Origin: Chloroflexota bacterium
GTDB taxonomy: Bacteria; Chloroflexota; UBA11872; VXOZ01
Length of the DNA stretch: 64,000 bases
Assembly: GCA_965219505.1 (NCBI GenBank)
Contig: OZ244775.1
Location: forward strand, 3,357,569-3,421,568
Direction of reading: 5' to 3'
This document shows, one piece after another, positions 10,841 through 20,652 of the stretch (the first letter of the stretch is position 1; every line of letters starts with the position of its first letter). The notes under the pieces are model-generated. The model ran no database searches. It was not told the origin of the DNA and saw nothing but the letters and a program-made list of their open reading frames with translations. A program made the position numbers and the translations under genes.

Positions 10841-12043
10841 CTATGCCGCCGCCTGCGCCGGCTTTTTCCTGATGAGCGCAAGCGCGGCGAGCGCCGCAAA
10901 GACCGAGACGGCGCCGGAGAGAATGAACGCGCCGCCGAGCCCGAGGAGGTCGGCAACGGCCCCTGCCGTCATGGGACCGAGAAACATGCCGATGGCGTAG
11001 ACGGCTTGGAAGACTCCCATTGCCGTGGCGCGGTCTTCGCTTGAAATCTCGCGAATGCTCAGCCCCATGAGCAGAGGATAGACAATACCGCGCCCGATCC
11101 CGTTGATACCCTGAGAAGCGGCAAGGAGCGGCACGTCATGGATAAGCGGCACTACAAACGTGGTGGCGGCCATAATCATCATGCCGGCAAAGACCGCCCA
11201 ATTGTCGCCGAGGCGTTGCGCGAAGCGGTGATTGACGAGCGAGGCAAGCGTGTACGGCACGAGCGAGACCACGCCGATAATGCCAAGGGTAAATTTGCTC
11301 GCCCCGAGGTCGTCGGCGTAGACGGGAACAAAGCTGAAAGTTGTCGCCCAGAAGGCGTAGTGGTTGAGTGCTGTGACCGAAGCGGCGATCAACAACGCCG
11401 GATGGGTCATCACCCGCCAAATCTGTCGGATCGTCGGCGGCGTTCGCGTTACGCGCTTCTCCTTGATCGGCACGGTCGAAATCAGACCGATAACGGCCAG
11501 GCCGGCGCCTGCATAGAACGTGGCCACCATGCCCCACGATTCGGCAATTTGACCGCCGGCGAGGTTGACCACGATGAGTGAGACACCGTTGATGGCCGAC
11601 ATGATGCCCATGGCCTTAGGCGCCTCGTCGGACGGGAAGTAGCTGGCATAGAGCACCGTAAAGGCCACCCAGGTGGCGGCGCTGATACCCAACACGCCCC
11701 GAAAGACCGCCAAGTACGTAGCAGTGGGCGCGAGCGCTAACCCCAAGCAACCGACGATGTTGAAGAAGTGCCCCGCGTAAAGGAACGGCAACCGCCTGCC
11801 CCAGCGGTCCGACAATATGCCCAGCGGGATACGGAGCACCATCTGCACCAAGCCATACGTGCCCACCACGATGCCGATGAGCGTAAACGTCGCTCCCAAC
11901 GATTCCGCGTAGACCGAGAGAATCGGCGAGTAGACGTACAGCGCGCCCCAATAGAGGAACGTGCCCACGTAGAACGCCCAGATGGTCAGCCGATCAGGCC
12001 GGTGGTGAGAACCGGAAGTGGTCGCTTGCTGGGATGTGGCCAC
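10841..12043 (-). CDS. MFS transporter
   Basis: About 12 hydrophobic segments, motif A GILSDRWGRR. Confidence 0.9.
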   Translation of the reverse strand: MATSQQATTSGSHHRPDRLTIWAFYVGTFLYWGALYVYSPILSVYAESLGATFTLIGIVVGTYGLVQMVLRIPLGILSDRWGRRLPFLYAGHFFNIVGCLGLALAPTATYLAVFRGVLGISAATWVAFTVLYASYFPSDEAPKAMGIMSAINGVSLIVVNLAGGQIAESWGMVATFYAGAGLAVIGLISTVPIKEKRVTRTPPTIRQIWRVMTHPALLIAASVTALNHYAFWATTFSFVPVYADDLGASKFTLGIIGVVSLVPYTLASLVNHRFAQRLGDNWAVFAGMMIMAATTFVVPLIHDVPLLAASQGINGIGRGIVYPLLMGLSIREISSEDRATAMGVFQAVYAIGMFLGPMTAGAVADLLGLGGAFILSGAVSVFAALAALALIRKKPAQAAA

Positions 12044-12160
12044 AGGGCAGTTTGCTGCTTTCTCTTGTCAAAGTGTTGCGAAGTGAGTTGCTAATGCCAA
12101 TACTTACACTTTGGTATACTGAATCCGAGGGAACTTGACACACAAAGGTTAGGGGGACTG

Positions 12161-12358
12161 ATGGGTTCGTCACAGGAAACAGACAACCGGGAACCCGAGC
12201 GCCCCAAGATATACGTAACGGATAAGGGTGCCCGGTACGTCGACGTGAACGAATTGATGCGCAGCAAGAGGGGCCGCGCCGCAGTCAAAGCCGCAGCAAA
12301 GATTCCTGTCAACAGACCGAACCACAAACCTTCCAAAGATAGCTCGTCGAAAGCGTAG
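12161..12358 (+). CDS. Small hypothetical protein (65 aa)
   Basis: ATG with purine-rich RBS; stop lies 2 nt before the next (split) gene. Confidence 0.55.
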   Translation: MGSSQETDNREPERPKIYVTDKGARYVDVNELMRSKRGRAAVKAAAKIPVNRPNHKPSKDSSSKA

Positions 12359-12504
12359 CTGTGTTGGAGCTTGGCGAGGCGCTCATTCCCATTCTTGCAG
12401 GCTACTGGATTTTGACACGCCTGCATTACACACACTATAGCATCGTTCGACACTCCAACTATCATCCCTTCTTTAGGGATCTATGTACAACCTTGGCTAA
12501 TAGC

Positions 12505-12539
12505 AAAGCCCCGCGCTAGGTGGTGGCAACGCGGGGCTT
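12505..12539. terminator. Hairpin, probable intrinsic terminator
   Basis: AAGCCCCGCG...CGCGGGGCTT inverted repeat. Confidence 0.5.
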
Positions 12540-12676
12540 GCGCCACCTGTCGTCCTTATAGTACTCTTTGTACTTGACTCTTGACGGCGGTTCCGATAGT
12601 TGAGACTATAAGATACAGGAGACAACTCGCAATAGACCGGATAGACGCCGGACATGCGGATAATCGGAGGTATAGT

Positions 12677-12988
12677 GTGAATACTGCCCGGATAGATGGC
12701 TCTGTCGCTTGGCTTGTGGCCGTCACGGAAAGCGGTTATTACGTAGGATTTTGTGAAGAGTTGGCGTTAGCCGCACAAGCACAGACATGGCATGAGTTGA
12801 TGGAGAATATTGGTGACGCAATGTCTTTGCTGTTTGTTAGCCTCTTCAAAGAAGGGGATATGGACGAGTTTTTCACTGCCAAAGGGTGGACGAAGCCTGA
12901 AGGCATAGAGGATGGCATGCTATTTGACATGCCATTTATCCCGCAACAGGTGGGCACCCATGACTATTCCACGGCAGTATACAATTAA
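12677..12988 (+). CDS. HicB-like antitoxin
   Basis: SGYYVGFCEELALAAQAQTWHELMENIGDAMSL resembles the HicB partial RNase H fold; GTG start with GGAGG RBS. Confidence 0.6.
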   Translation: MNTARIDGSVAWLVAVTESGYYVGFCEELALAAQAQTWHELMENIGDAMSLLFVSLFKEGDMDEFFTAKGWTKPEGIEDGMLFDMPFIPQQVGTHDYSTAVYN

Positions 12989-13181
12989 TAAACTGAAGGA
13001 TTTGGGCTTCTACTTTGATGGTTTTCAAAGGAACACTGATTTGTGGAAGAAGCGGGGTGCCCATAATCGTGTTGCTTTGTCTAGGGATGACATGCTTGAC
13101 GAGTTGTACGCTTGCACCGTGCTCAAACTTGCCGGATGTGGCGAGTGTGAGATTGAGGAATTCATAAGGTCCGCATCTTAG
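12960..13181 (+). CDS. HicA-like toxin (divergent)
   Basis: 73 aa, INKLKDLGF...TVLKLAG pattern of the HicA dsRBD fold; overlaps upstream gene; canonical GSH His not evident. Confidence 0.5.
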   Translation: MTIPRQYTINKLKDLGFYFDGFQRNTDLWKKRGAHNRVALSRDDMLDELYACTVLKLAGCGECEIEEFIRSAS

Positions 13182-13209
13182 ACTAAGATCACCAATCCGC
13201 TATCCAACC

Positions 13210-13247
13210 AAAGTCCCGCACCGGATAATCGACCGGCCCGGGACTTT
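13210..13247 (+). terminator. Hairpin after hicA-like gene
   Basis: AAAGTCCCG-ccgg...ccgg-CGGGACTTT inverted repeat. Confidence 0.5.
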
Positions 13248-13984
13248 CGCCATTTGGCTGGCTAAATATTCCACTCTCCTTCTTTCAGGCCGCTATCGTT
13301 GGCACGATTCTATTCTTTGCTGCGCACCTACTTGTAGTTCTCGGGAACTTCATTCCTTCGATGGCTACAACAAAGAGCCTACGCTCCATAGGCCCCTATT
13401 CGGCTACACTGACTGTGATCGCAATTCTAGGCCTGCTAATCCCGTTCGTAGGAAACCGATTCTATACCAGAGAGAAAGCCGCAAGTCGAGCGGCTGTGAG
13501 AGATGGTGATCTCGTTGAACTTCTAATTGCAGATTCCATTTAGACTCAGAAGCTAATCGAAGTGTCACTAAGGAATCGAAAGTCCTACGTCCGTATCGGA
13601 ATTGTCAGCGGCATCGAAACCATCGACAAGGATAAGGCTGATATAAAACTACTGCCACTAGCAAGCGGCTATCGCGACGAGCACACACAGGAGTTATTCA
13701 TCATAGAGAACTATGCCGAGGTGCTCCAAGAACACACTTATGAGCGTTACGACGACTTCTGTGTCGTCATTCCTATGTCCGAGATAGTATCCGCTCGAGT
13801 GTTCGATCCCGACGCCTATACAGTCTTTCAAGAAAAGAAGGAAGATTCCTCGCTCTAGCTCGCAGAACAGCACTTGAGTTGGTGCATCTCCTTCAGGCGC
13901 ATAGGCTCCGCAGTGACGACTCTGTCCCACAAGAGAGCAACGCACGAACGGAACGCTCTCATTTCTCTACGTGGTGCCTCCAAC

Positions 13985-16942
13985 TCACTCCAGCCGGATG
14001 CGGGCGTGCTCCACGCCGAAGCGCACGAAGGTGTAGTCGTCCGTCCAATTCAGCCAATCGGAAAAAGTGGCCGGAGAGACGGCCAGGATCTCGCCGTTTT
14101 GGTGGTGGTGGGGGCCGAGCAAGTTATGGAGCGTGCCCACAAGCTCCAATTCCAGCGTATTCTCGCCCTCGACCAATACGGATGAAATATCGAGCTCGTG
14201 AGGTCTCCAGACGATAGTGCCGGCCTCTTTGCCGTTCACACGCGCAACGGTGACGGTAGCATCGAGCCCTTCGAGCGCCAATGCGGCAGCGCCACCGTTG
14301 CGAGAGACGTGCACTTCCTGCGTGAGCTTTACACGACCGGCATAGAAGGGCAGACCCTGATGCGTGAGATCGCCTGACTGCGCCTGCGTCGGTGCCGCTA
14401 CGAGCCTAAAGCCATCCTTCGCTTGCTCAACGCCAAAGTCGCCAATTATGTAGCAGGCTTCGATCTCCATATCGAGACTTGTCACGCCCTCCAACGTAAT
14501 CGTGTTCGTTCCCGCTCGGGTGAGGGAACCAATCGGAATGCGCCGGAAGGTAGTATCGAGCCAGTAGCCGTCGTTCGAGTCGTGCTGGACAGCGGCGCCG
14601 TTTACAGAAATGCGAAATTCATCCGGACGTTCCACCACCAGCGTGAGTTCTTGTCCCAGCGGCAGACCGGATTCAAAGGTGTACTGCACGGCAAACGGTA
14701 CGCCAGTCCCAGTAATCCGGAAATGTTCCAGAGTTCCGGCTCTCCGTAAGATCTCCAGTGCCTTAAGGTGGGGCACCGGGTCCTGCCACGCGCCGTCGGC
14801 AATGCGATAGGCACAATAGTCAAGCGTGAGCGCGTTGGGGTCCAACAATTCCAAATTCCAGGTAGCACCCGCATCCACAGAATCGCTATAGTCGGGTGCG
14901 GGCGCCGCCTTGCCGGCTTGGCCGCCTGTTTCACTTACGAGCAGGTACGAGCCGACCGGGGCAAAGTGCAGCGTGATCGCGCCATTATCCGCGTGATCCT
15001 GTGCGGGCAGCGGTTGTACCTCGCCGGTAGCCGCGTCCCACACCTGCCAACTCCCGGCAGCGGGCAAGCGCACGGTGTAGTCGCCGCCTTCGTCTTGGCT
15101 CGTGTTTGCCAAGAAGAGAGTTTGCGCGGCGCCGTTGCGCCGCAGGTTGTACCAGACGTGCGGCGCCTCGCTGCCGTCCCCATTGGTCACCCGGACCGGC
15201 CGCGCCAGGTGCGGCTCCAGCGTCGCCGCCAGGGGCTCGACTCCAAGCGACAGCGTCTCACACGCGGCAACCAGCGCATCCACTGAGTCATCGCGCTCGC
15301 CTTCCACCAGCGTGGGCTTTTCATCGCAGAAGAACACTACGCCGCCGGCGGCCCTGAACGCCTGAAGTATCTCGACCGTAGTACTCGCCAGAGTTATGCT
15401 CGGCGGTACGACAACCACACGGTAGCGCATTTGACCGACGACCAAGCAATCGTCTTCCACGCGGGCGTGCCGCGCCATGATCGATTCATCGCCAAAGTGG
15501 TAGTCGAAGTGCTCTTCCAAGAGCCGCGTTGAAAGCGCAACCCAAGGATCGTTTATTGCCCGCGCTGCCTGGGGGTTCTGCGGACGAAACACCGACCACG
15601 CGCTGCCAATGGGATGCACGACGAGGAGGTCTACCACACGCTCGCCCTGACTGAGCGCATAGGAGAGTCGGGCATTGTAGTCGTCGATCAAGGCATTGTG
15701 CGGCCACCACGGCTGCTGGTAGAAGATGTCCGGCGGATAGTCCCGCTTGCGCGCGCCACGCAGCGTATACGACGACAGGTGCGGATTCAGGAAGTTTATT
15801 CCCAGCACGCACTGCCAGTCGCCAATCCACTTGCGCCCTTCAAACGAGAGGTTCTGCCCGGAACAGCCATAGGTCTCAGAAAGAGCCCTTTCCTTGCCAA
15901 GCTGGCAAACGACGCTGTCCAACTGTTTGGGCGTCACGAGATCGGCAATGTTGCGGCGCAGGTGGTCGATACCCGGATAGTGCATGTACTCATAGTGGGG
16001 CATCACCGCGCCTGATACCGGAATCTGCTGCTGGAGCGAATCCTCGTAGAGGTAGTGTCCGGTGAGCTTGAGGTTGTGCGCGTCGCACCACTCGTAAATC
16101 TGTTTTGAATACGCCTCGACGAACTGCTCGGTGATGGCGCGCCAATAATGATACCGCACTTTGCGATAGTCACCCGTGTCGAAGAAGAGCGACGGCAGGT
16201 GTGGAATCAGGTCATAGCCAAACTTCTCCTCGAAAATCCGGGCAAACCCTTTCGTCCATGGAACGGACATCTCCGGGTACTCCTGATGGAAGGAGCAGAA
16301 ATTCGGCTCGTCGGTGAACATGCCGGGAACGACCGTACCGAAGTCGTCGCCTAAGACTTCATGATAAGCGGCATACGTGTTGGTGATGAATTCACGCACG
16401 CCCTCTACGCTAAGCTGGTCGCTATAGGCCGCCCCGTTGAACCAATCGCTGCCGAGCGGCGCGACCCATTCGTGAAACTGCAGGTAGGTGAGATGAGCAT
16501 CGTCTTGCTGCCCATCTACCAGCCGCACGTCGGTGAGTTTGTCACCATTCAGATAGCCTGCAAATTCCGCCACGCTTTCCGCATAGGTGTCGTAACGATT
16601 GAAGACCCGGCAGGCGAGCACGCGCATGCGAAAGTCGGGGTCTTTGAGCGCCGTCATGCCGCCGGCGAAGCCGCTCGGCCACTTGTCTTCATCATAGAGC
16701 CAGGCGTGCATGCCGCGCCGCCGCGCCTCCTCGACGCACGTGCGAATGCGGTCCATCCACTCCGGCGTCATGTAGGGCGTCTTTAGGCCCAACCGCGAGT
16801 GCATGAAGAAGCCGCCCCAGCCGGCTTTCTCCATCTCGTCAATTTGACGCACCAACTCGCCGTCTTCCAGCCAATCGTTCCACGACCAGAACGGCACAGC
16901 ACGATACTCGACGCCAGGGTTGCGAAAGGTCTCTCTATCCAT
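13985..16942 (-). CDS. Large glycoside hydrolase, GH106 / alpha-L-rhamnosidase-like
   Basis: PFWSWND, GGFFMHSR-GL, WLYDEDKWPSG-AGG, FTDEP, TGH, PGID, SETYG, RKRDYPP; C-terminal beta-sandwich. Confidence 0.8.
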   Translation of the reverse strand: MDRETFRNPGVEYRAVPFWSWNDWLEDGELVRQIDEMEKAGWGGFFMHSRLGLKTPYMTPEWMDRIRTCVEEARRRGMHAWLYDEDKWPSGFAGGMTALKDPDFRMRVLACRVFNRYDTYAESVAEFAGYLNGDKLTDVRLVDGQQDDAHLTYLQFHEWVAPLGSDWFNGAAYSDQLSVEGVREFITNTYAAYHEVLGDDFGTVVPGMFTDEPNFCSFHQEYPEMSVPWTKGFARIFEEKFGYDLIPHLPSLFFDTGDYRKVRYHYWRAITEQFVEAYSKQIYEWCDAHNLKLTGHYLYEDSLQQQIPVSGAVMPHYEYMHYPGIDHLRRNIADLVTPKQLDSVVCQLGKERALSETYGCSGQNLSFEGRKWIGDWQCVLGINFLNPHLSSYTLRGARKRDYPPDIFYQQPWWPHNALIDDYNARLSYALSQGERVVDLLVVHPIGSAWSVFRPQNPQAARAINDPWVALSTRLLEEHFDYHFGDESIMARHARVEDDCLVVGQMRYRVVVVPPSITLASTTVEILQAFRAAGGVVFFCDEKPTLVEGERDDSVDALVAACETLSLGVEPLAATLEPHLARPVRVTNGDGSEAPHVWYNLRRNGAAQTLFLANTSQDEGGDYTVRLPAAGSWQVWDAATGEVQPLPAQDHADNGAITLHFAPVGSYLLVSETGGQAGKAAPAPDYSDSVDAGATWNLELLDPNALTLDYCAYRIADGAWQDPVPHLKALEILRRAGTLEHFRITGTGVPFAVQYTFESGLPLGQELTLVVERPDEFRISVNGAAVQHDSNDGYWLDTTFRRIPIGSLTRAGTNTITLEGVTSLDMEIEACYIIGDFGVEQAKDGFRLVAAPTQAQSGDLTHQGLPFYAGRVKLTQEVHVSRNGGAAALALEGLDATVTVARVNGKEAGTIVWRPHELDISSVLVEGENTLELELVGTLHNLLGPHHHQNGEILAVSPATFSDWLNWTDDYTFVRFGVEHARIRLE

Positions 16943-17076
16943 TACAAGAGCCTCCAAAGGCATTGCACATGAAGCGTTTTGGCAAGTCTATTGGCTGCAT
17001 TGTACTCACGCAAGATAGCGAGAGACAAGCGGCATGCAGGCAGGGGGAGCCTAGCGATCACCACGCGCAATGCAAC

Positions 17077-17104
17077 GTAGGGGCACGACATGTCGTGCCC
17101 CTAC
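17077..17104. repeat. GTAG-type REP palindrome, family R3 (GTAGGGGCACGACATGTCGTGCCCCTAC)
   Basis: Perfect palindrome; identical copy 18479-18506, variant ~25708-25735; related GTAG palindromes ~21970-21997, ~19963-19983, ~23994-24013, ~30724-30747. Confidence 0.85.
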
Positions 17105-17133
17105 ACCCCGAGAACAGCCAGCGACTGCGGTCA

Positions 17134-18393
17134 TCAGTCCCGCGCAGGTGGCGCCCCATTGTCTTTTCCACGTGCGCGTATCGTGACGAGAACGTTGTTC
17201 ATATCCACGTCAAATTCAATATCGGGGTGCCCCGCTTCGCGCAGCAGTCTTTTGGCCAAGGGAATGCCCAGCCCAAAGCGTTGCACGAGCCTCAGATTCC
17301 GCATGGCTTCCGCAAGGTTGGGATTGCGGTATGCCGTAATGCCCGGTTGACCGAAGTTTTGTGCCGTTACCGAGCCAAATACACCACCGGGGCTCATGAT
17401 TTCTATGCGATTGTCATACCAGTAAACTCGCGCAGGCGCATTGTTGCCTTCGTACGAACGATGCATGACCGCGTTGCGGGCGATCTGCTGGATCGCGGCG
17501 ACCGGATACGTGCTTATCCGTTTCTCGATTGGGCCGGAAATAATGTCAACCGCCGTGCGATTGTGGCCGTTCAGCTTCTCATCGAGACGACGCAGCATGT
17601 CTCCAATTGTGCCGCTGATTGCCCCTTCATCGGAGATTGGGTCCGTCGGTTCATCACCGGCAAAACGCAAGAATTGAATGTATGTCCCCGGAAGGAAGTC
17701 TAGAGTGCGTTTACCCAGCACAAGTAATCCCAACACGGTGGGTATAGCCTCATCGGCTGAGGCGATCATTTTCGTGGCAGCCAACTGTTCTTCTCGGCTA
17801 CGTTCATTGGACTCCAAGATGTCGGGCGCAAAGGCTCGCGGCAAGTATTCGTACTCGAACACTGACAGGATGAGATCCTTCAACGTGGCAGAGGGAACCG
17901 GATGAATGTCGAAGGGAATGTCTGCATAACGGCGTTTCTCGTTCAGAATGCGTTCATCCTGCGCAGTTGCGATCCCCCTCCGAGAGCCAATGCGGACATG
18001 CACACGGCCGTCATAACGGACCGGCGGCGAATCGGACGGCTGCACCGCGATCACGGCAACGTCGATTCCACTTACAGAACGTCGCTCTACTGTCAGCGAG
18101 GGCGGCGGCACAATGTTGCCATCGGTTTTCATATCCGCCAGTTGCCGGAGTAGCTCATCTGTGACCGACAAGCCTGAAACGGTACCATCATCCCGCACGC
18201 CTACAAGTACATATCCCGGTTGCCGATGGTCAGGCAGATCGTTGGCAAAGGCGCAGATGGCTTGGCGTATCCGGTTGGGCGCATCGCCGCGCAAGGACTC
18301 CTTGAACTCTACGCGGTCCGATTCGCCTTTACGCACCAACCGCATCACGTCTTCATTGTCGAGATTTGCCACCGTGGGAGCTCCAACTTCCAT
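17134..18393 (-). CDS. AlbA_2 (Schlafen-like) domain + RecG-C/HATPase_c_4 domain protein
   Basis: ESDRVEFKES, ICAFAND, GVRDDG; NAVMHRSY, IEIMSPGG, RNPNLAE, G-GI. ORF-track extension to 18576 runs through a REP and is discarded. Confidence 0.85.
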   Translation of the reverse strand: MEVGAPTVANLDNEDVMRLVRKGESDRVEFKESLRGDAPNRIRQAICAFANDLPDHRQPGYVLVGVRDDGTVSGLSVTDELLRQLADMKTDGNIVPPPSLTVERRSVSGIDVAVIAVQPSDSPPVRYDGRVHVRIGSRRGIATAQDERILNEKRRYADIPFDIHPVPSATLKDLILSVFEYEYLPRAFAPDILESNERSREEQLAATKMIASADEAIPTVLGLLVLGKRTLDFLPGTYIQFLRFAGDEPTDPISDEGAISGTIGDMLRRLDEKLNGHNRTAVDIISGPIEKRISTYPVAAIQQIARNAVMHRSYEGNNAPARVYWYDNRIEIMSPGGVFGSVTAQNFGQPGITAYRNPNLAEAMRNLRLVQRFGLGIPLAKRLLREAGHPDIEFDVDMNNVLVTIRARGKDNGAPPARD

Positions 18394-18568
18394 TCCAGCT
18401 TTCAGCAACACATCTCTGGCTGCATTGTACTTACCCAAGATAGCGAGAGACAAGCAAAGAGCGAACAGGGGAAACGCCGTAGGGGCACGACATGTCGTGC
18501 CCCTACACATCAAGAACAGGCAGCGCCCGTAGCCATCATCCCCGCTGGAGCGGAGACGCAGAAACGTC

Positions 18569-19894
18569 CTATGCACGTACGATGCGGTAGATTGTGCCGT
18601 TGCGGATGATCACGTACACCTCGCCCTGGGCATCCTCGCCGAATGAGGTGATTTCAGATGGCGCGACAAGAAGCACGGTGCGCAGCCAAGTACCGTCGGC
18701 TTGGGGTGTCAGTGTCCAGATGATGCCGGAACAGTAGTCGCCAAAGATGTAGTTGCCGGCGAGCGCCGGCAGTTGCCGGCCGCGATACACGTAGCCACCG
18801 GTCACGGAGCAGCCCTCGTCGCGGCCATATTCCGCGATCGGGAAAACCATCTCCCTTCGGACCATTCCCTCCGTACTGCGGTTACCGTAGGGCTGGCTAC
18901 CTTCAAACCGATTCCAGCCGTAGTTCTCGCCGCCCGGACTGGAAGCCGGCTGGAAATTCACCTCTTCCAGCTTGTTCTGCCCCACGTCGGCGATGAAAAG
19001 ATCGCCTGTAACGCGGTCGAACGAGAAGCGCCAGGCGTTGCGCAGCCCCCACGCCCAGATCTCCGGTAGCGGGCCCTCATGTCCGACGAATGGGTTATCC
19101 GCGGGGACGGCGTAGCCGCCGCCTGTGCGCACGTCTATACGGAGCAGCGTGCCGAGCAGCGTTCCCCGATCTTGCCCGCTGTCTAACGGATCACCGCCGG
19201 AGCCGCCATCACCGAGGGCGACGTAGAGGTAGCCGTCGGGGCCAAACTTGATCAAGCCGCCGTTGTGATTTCCATACGGTTGGTCGGCCCGCAGCAGCAC
19301 CTCCTCGCTATCGGGATCGGCAGCGTCGGGATTGCCAGCAGAGACGCGGTAGCGGGCAACCACAGTATCTCCCCGGTTGTCCGTGTAGTAAGCGTAGAAG
19401 ATGCCGTTCGCCGCATACTCTGGGTCGAACGCAATACTCAAGAGACCCTGTTCGTTGGCGCTGGAACCGACGCGCGAGTCAATGTCGAGGAACAGCGCCT
19501 CCTGGCGTCGACCGTCTCTGAGAATGGCGACCGTGCCATTCTGCTCAACGATAAAGAGCCGTCCGCCGGCGTCACCGGGCGCGTACGTGAGGTAGAGCGG
19601 ACGCTTGAAACCCGTACCGACAGTCTCCAGGCCGTACGCGCCTTCTGCCGGCGGAACCGGCGTGCTTACGGCGGGGGCGGGGGCGCTCGTCGGCGTCGCT
19701 TGCGGCATCGCAGTTGGTGCAGTTTGCGTTGGGACCGCCGTACTGACGACAGGCGTTATTGCAGGCAACTCCGGCTCGTCGCCGCCACACGCACTAAAGA
19801 GAGTGGTACCCAGGACGACCAACAGCGAGAGTAGGCTCAGCTTTAGAGCTGTCAGCCCACGATTCGAGAGGTGCGTTTCTGCGCTATTGCTCAT
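18569..19894 (-). CDS. PQQ-dependent sugar dehydrogenase (GSDH) lipoprotein
   Basis: Lipobox FSAC, Pro/Thr linker, EQGLL, NHNGG, FGPDGYLY, GDGG, GLRNAWR, DVGQ. Confidence 0.9.
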   Translation of the reverse strand: MSNSAETHLSNRGLTALKLSLLSLLVVLGTTLFSACGGDEPELPAITPVVSTAVPTQTAPTAMPQATPTSAPAPAVSTPVPPAEGAYGLETVGTGFKRPLYLTYAPGDAGGRLFIVEQNGTVAILRDGRRQEALFLDIDSRVGSSANEQGLLSIAFDPEYAANGIFYAYYTDNRGDTVVARYRVSAGNPDAADPDSEEVLLRADQPYGNHNGGLIKFGPDGYLYVALGDGGSGGDPLDSGQDRGTLLGTLLRIDVRTGGGYAVPADNPFVGHEGPLPEIWAWGLRNAWRFSFDRVTGDLFIADVGQNKLEEVNFQPASSPGGENYGWNRFEGSQPYGNRSTEGMVRREMVFPIAEYGRDEGCSVTGGYVYRGRQLPALAGNYIFGDYCSGIIWTLTPQADGTWLRTVLLVAPSEITSFGEDAQGEVYVIIRNGTIYRIVRA

Positions 19895-20219
19895 GCAGCT
19901 TCCTTTCCTGCAACCCAATCGCCTTGCCCAAGATGCAGTTTGTCTTCTTGCGCCAAGAAGTGGGGGGCAAGCCCCCGCGCTACCACTTGCTAACGAGGAT
20001 CAAGCTTATTTGGGCAAGAGATAATTAACGAAGTCCCGGTGCCTAGGTAGACAAAGCGCACGCATGTGTCCGCCTGCTTCTATTCCGATACAGCACGCTG
20101 AGCAGCGGACACGTGACCTCAACCACCGCTCCTCATTTTCCATGATACACTGGGTAGCGCTGCCTCGGCAGCGGCCAGATGTGCCAGTCCTGCAATTCGT
20201 TGATAGGCTCAGACCCTAG

Positions 20220-20633
20220 ATGTCCGAAGCCGAGCCGGATAGTCCGCATCCGTTCCCACCTGCCTACGAAAAACGGTGCCGCGCGGCGCGTAGAGAGTTG
20301 TCTGCACAGTGGACGCCGACCGTCGGCGATTGGATGATGCAGGATGACGCTCTGCGTCTGCTTGATGAGAAAGAGGCGACACGAGGGAGCGAATTCGTTA
20401 CGGATCGTGCCGTATGCTGGCTGCCGCGCCTGGACCAGCTTCTTGCACTGCTGAACGCGGTCTCGCCCCACACAGTGTTAGATTGCTATCAGGGCGACTT
20501 TGCCTGCATCTGTTTTGACGAAATGAGCCGGCGCATTGCGGACGTAGTAGCAGAAACTCCCGAACTAGCCTGCTTGCAAGCTTTTCTATTCATTCGTGCC
20601 GAGATTGCAGCGCAGGAGAGCGGGCAGGAGTAG
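20220..20633 (+). CDS. Hypothetical protein
   Basis: Protein-like ORF (WLPRLDQLL; AETPELACLQA) ending 19 nt before the next start. Confidence 0.65.
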   Translation: MSEAEPDSPHPFPPAYEKRCRAARRELSAQWTPTVGDWMMQDDALRLLDEKEATRGSEFVTDRAVCWLPRLDQLLALLNAVSPHTVLDCYQGDFACICFDEMSRRIADVVAETPELACLQAFLFIRAEIAAQESGQE

Positions 20634-20652
20634 CAACCCGGATACATGGGCT

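Larger units (their letters stand above)
12361..13858 (+). pseudogene. Split membrane-protein pseudogene (5' part 12361-12474; 3' part 13286-13858; internal TAG 13541-13543)
   Basis: VLELGEALIPILAGYWILTRLHYTHYSIVRHSNYHPFF joins in frame to QAAIVGTILFFAAHLLVV...RKSYV...LPLASGYRD when the insert and one copy of CCTTCTTT are removed. Confidence 0.7.

Noticed and set aside
13541-13543. Pyrrolysine or stop readthrough at the in-frame TAG
   Set aside because: Gene is already disrupted upstream; no pyl genes in the window; decay is simpler.
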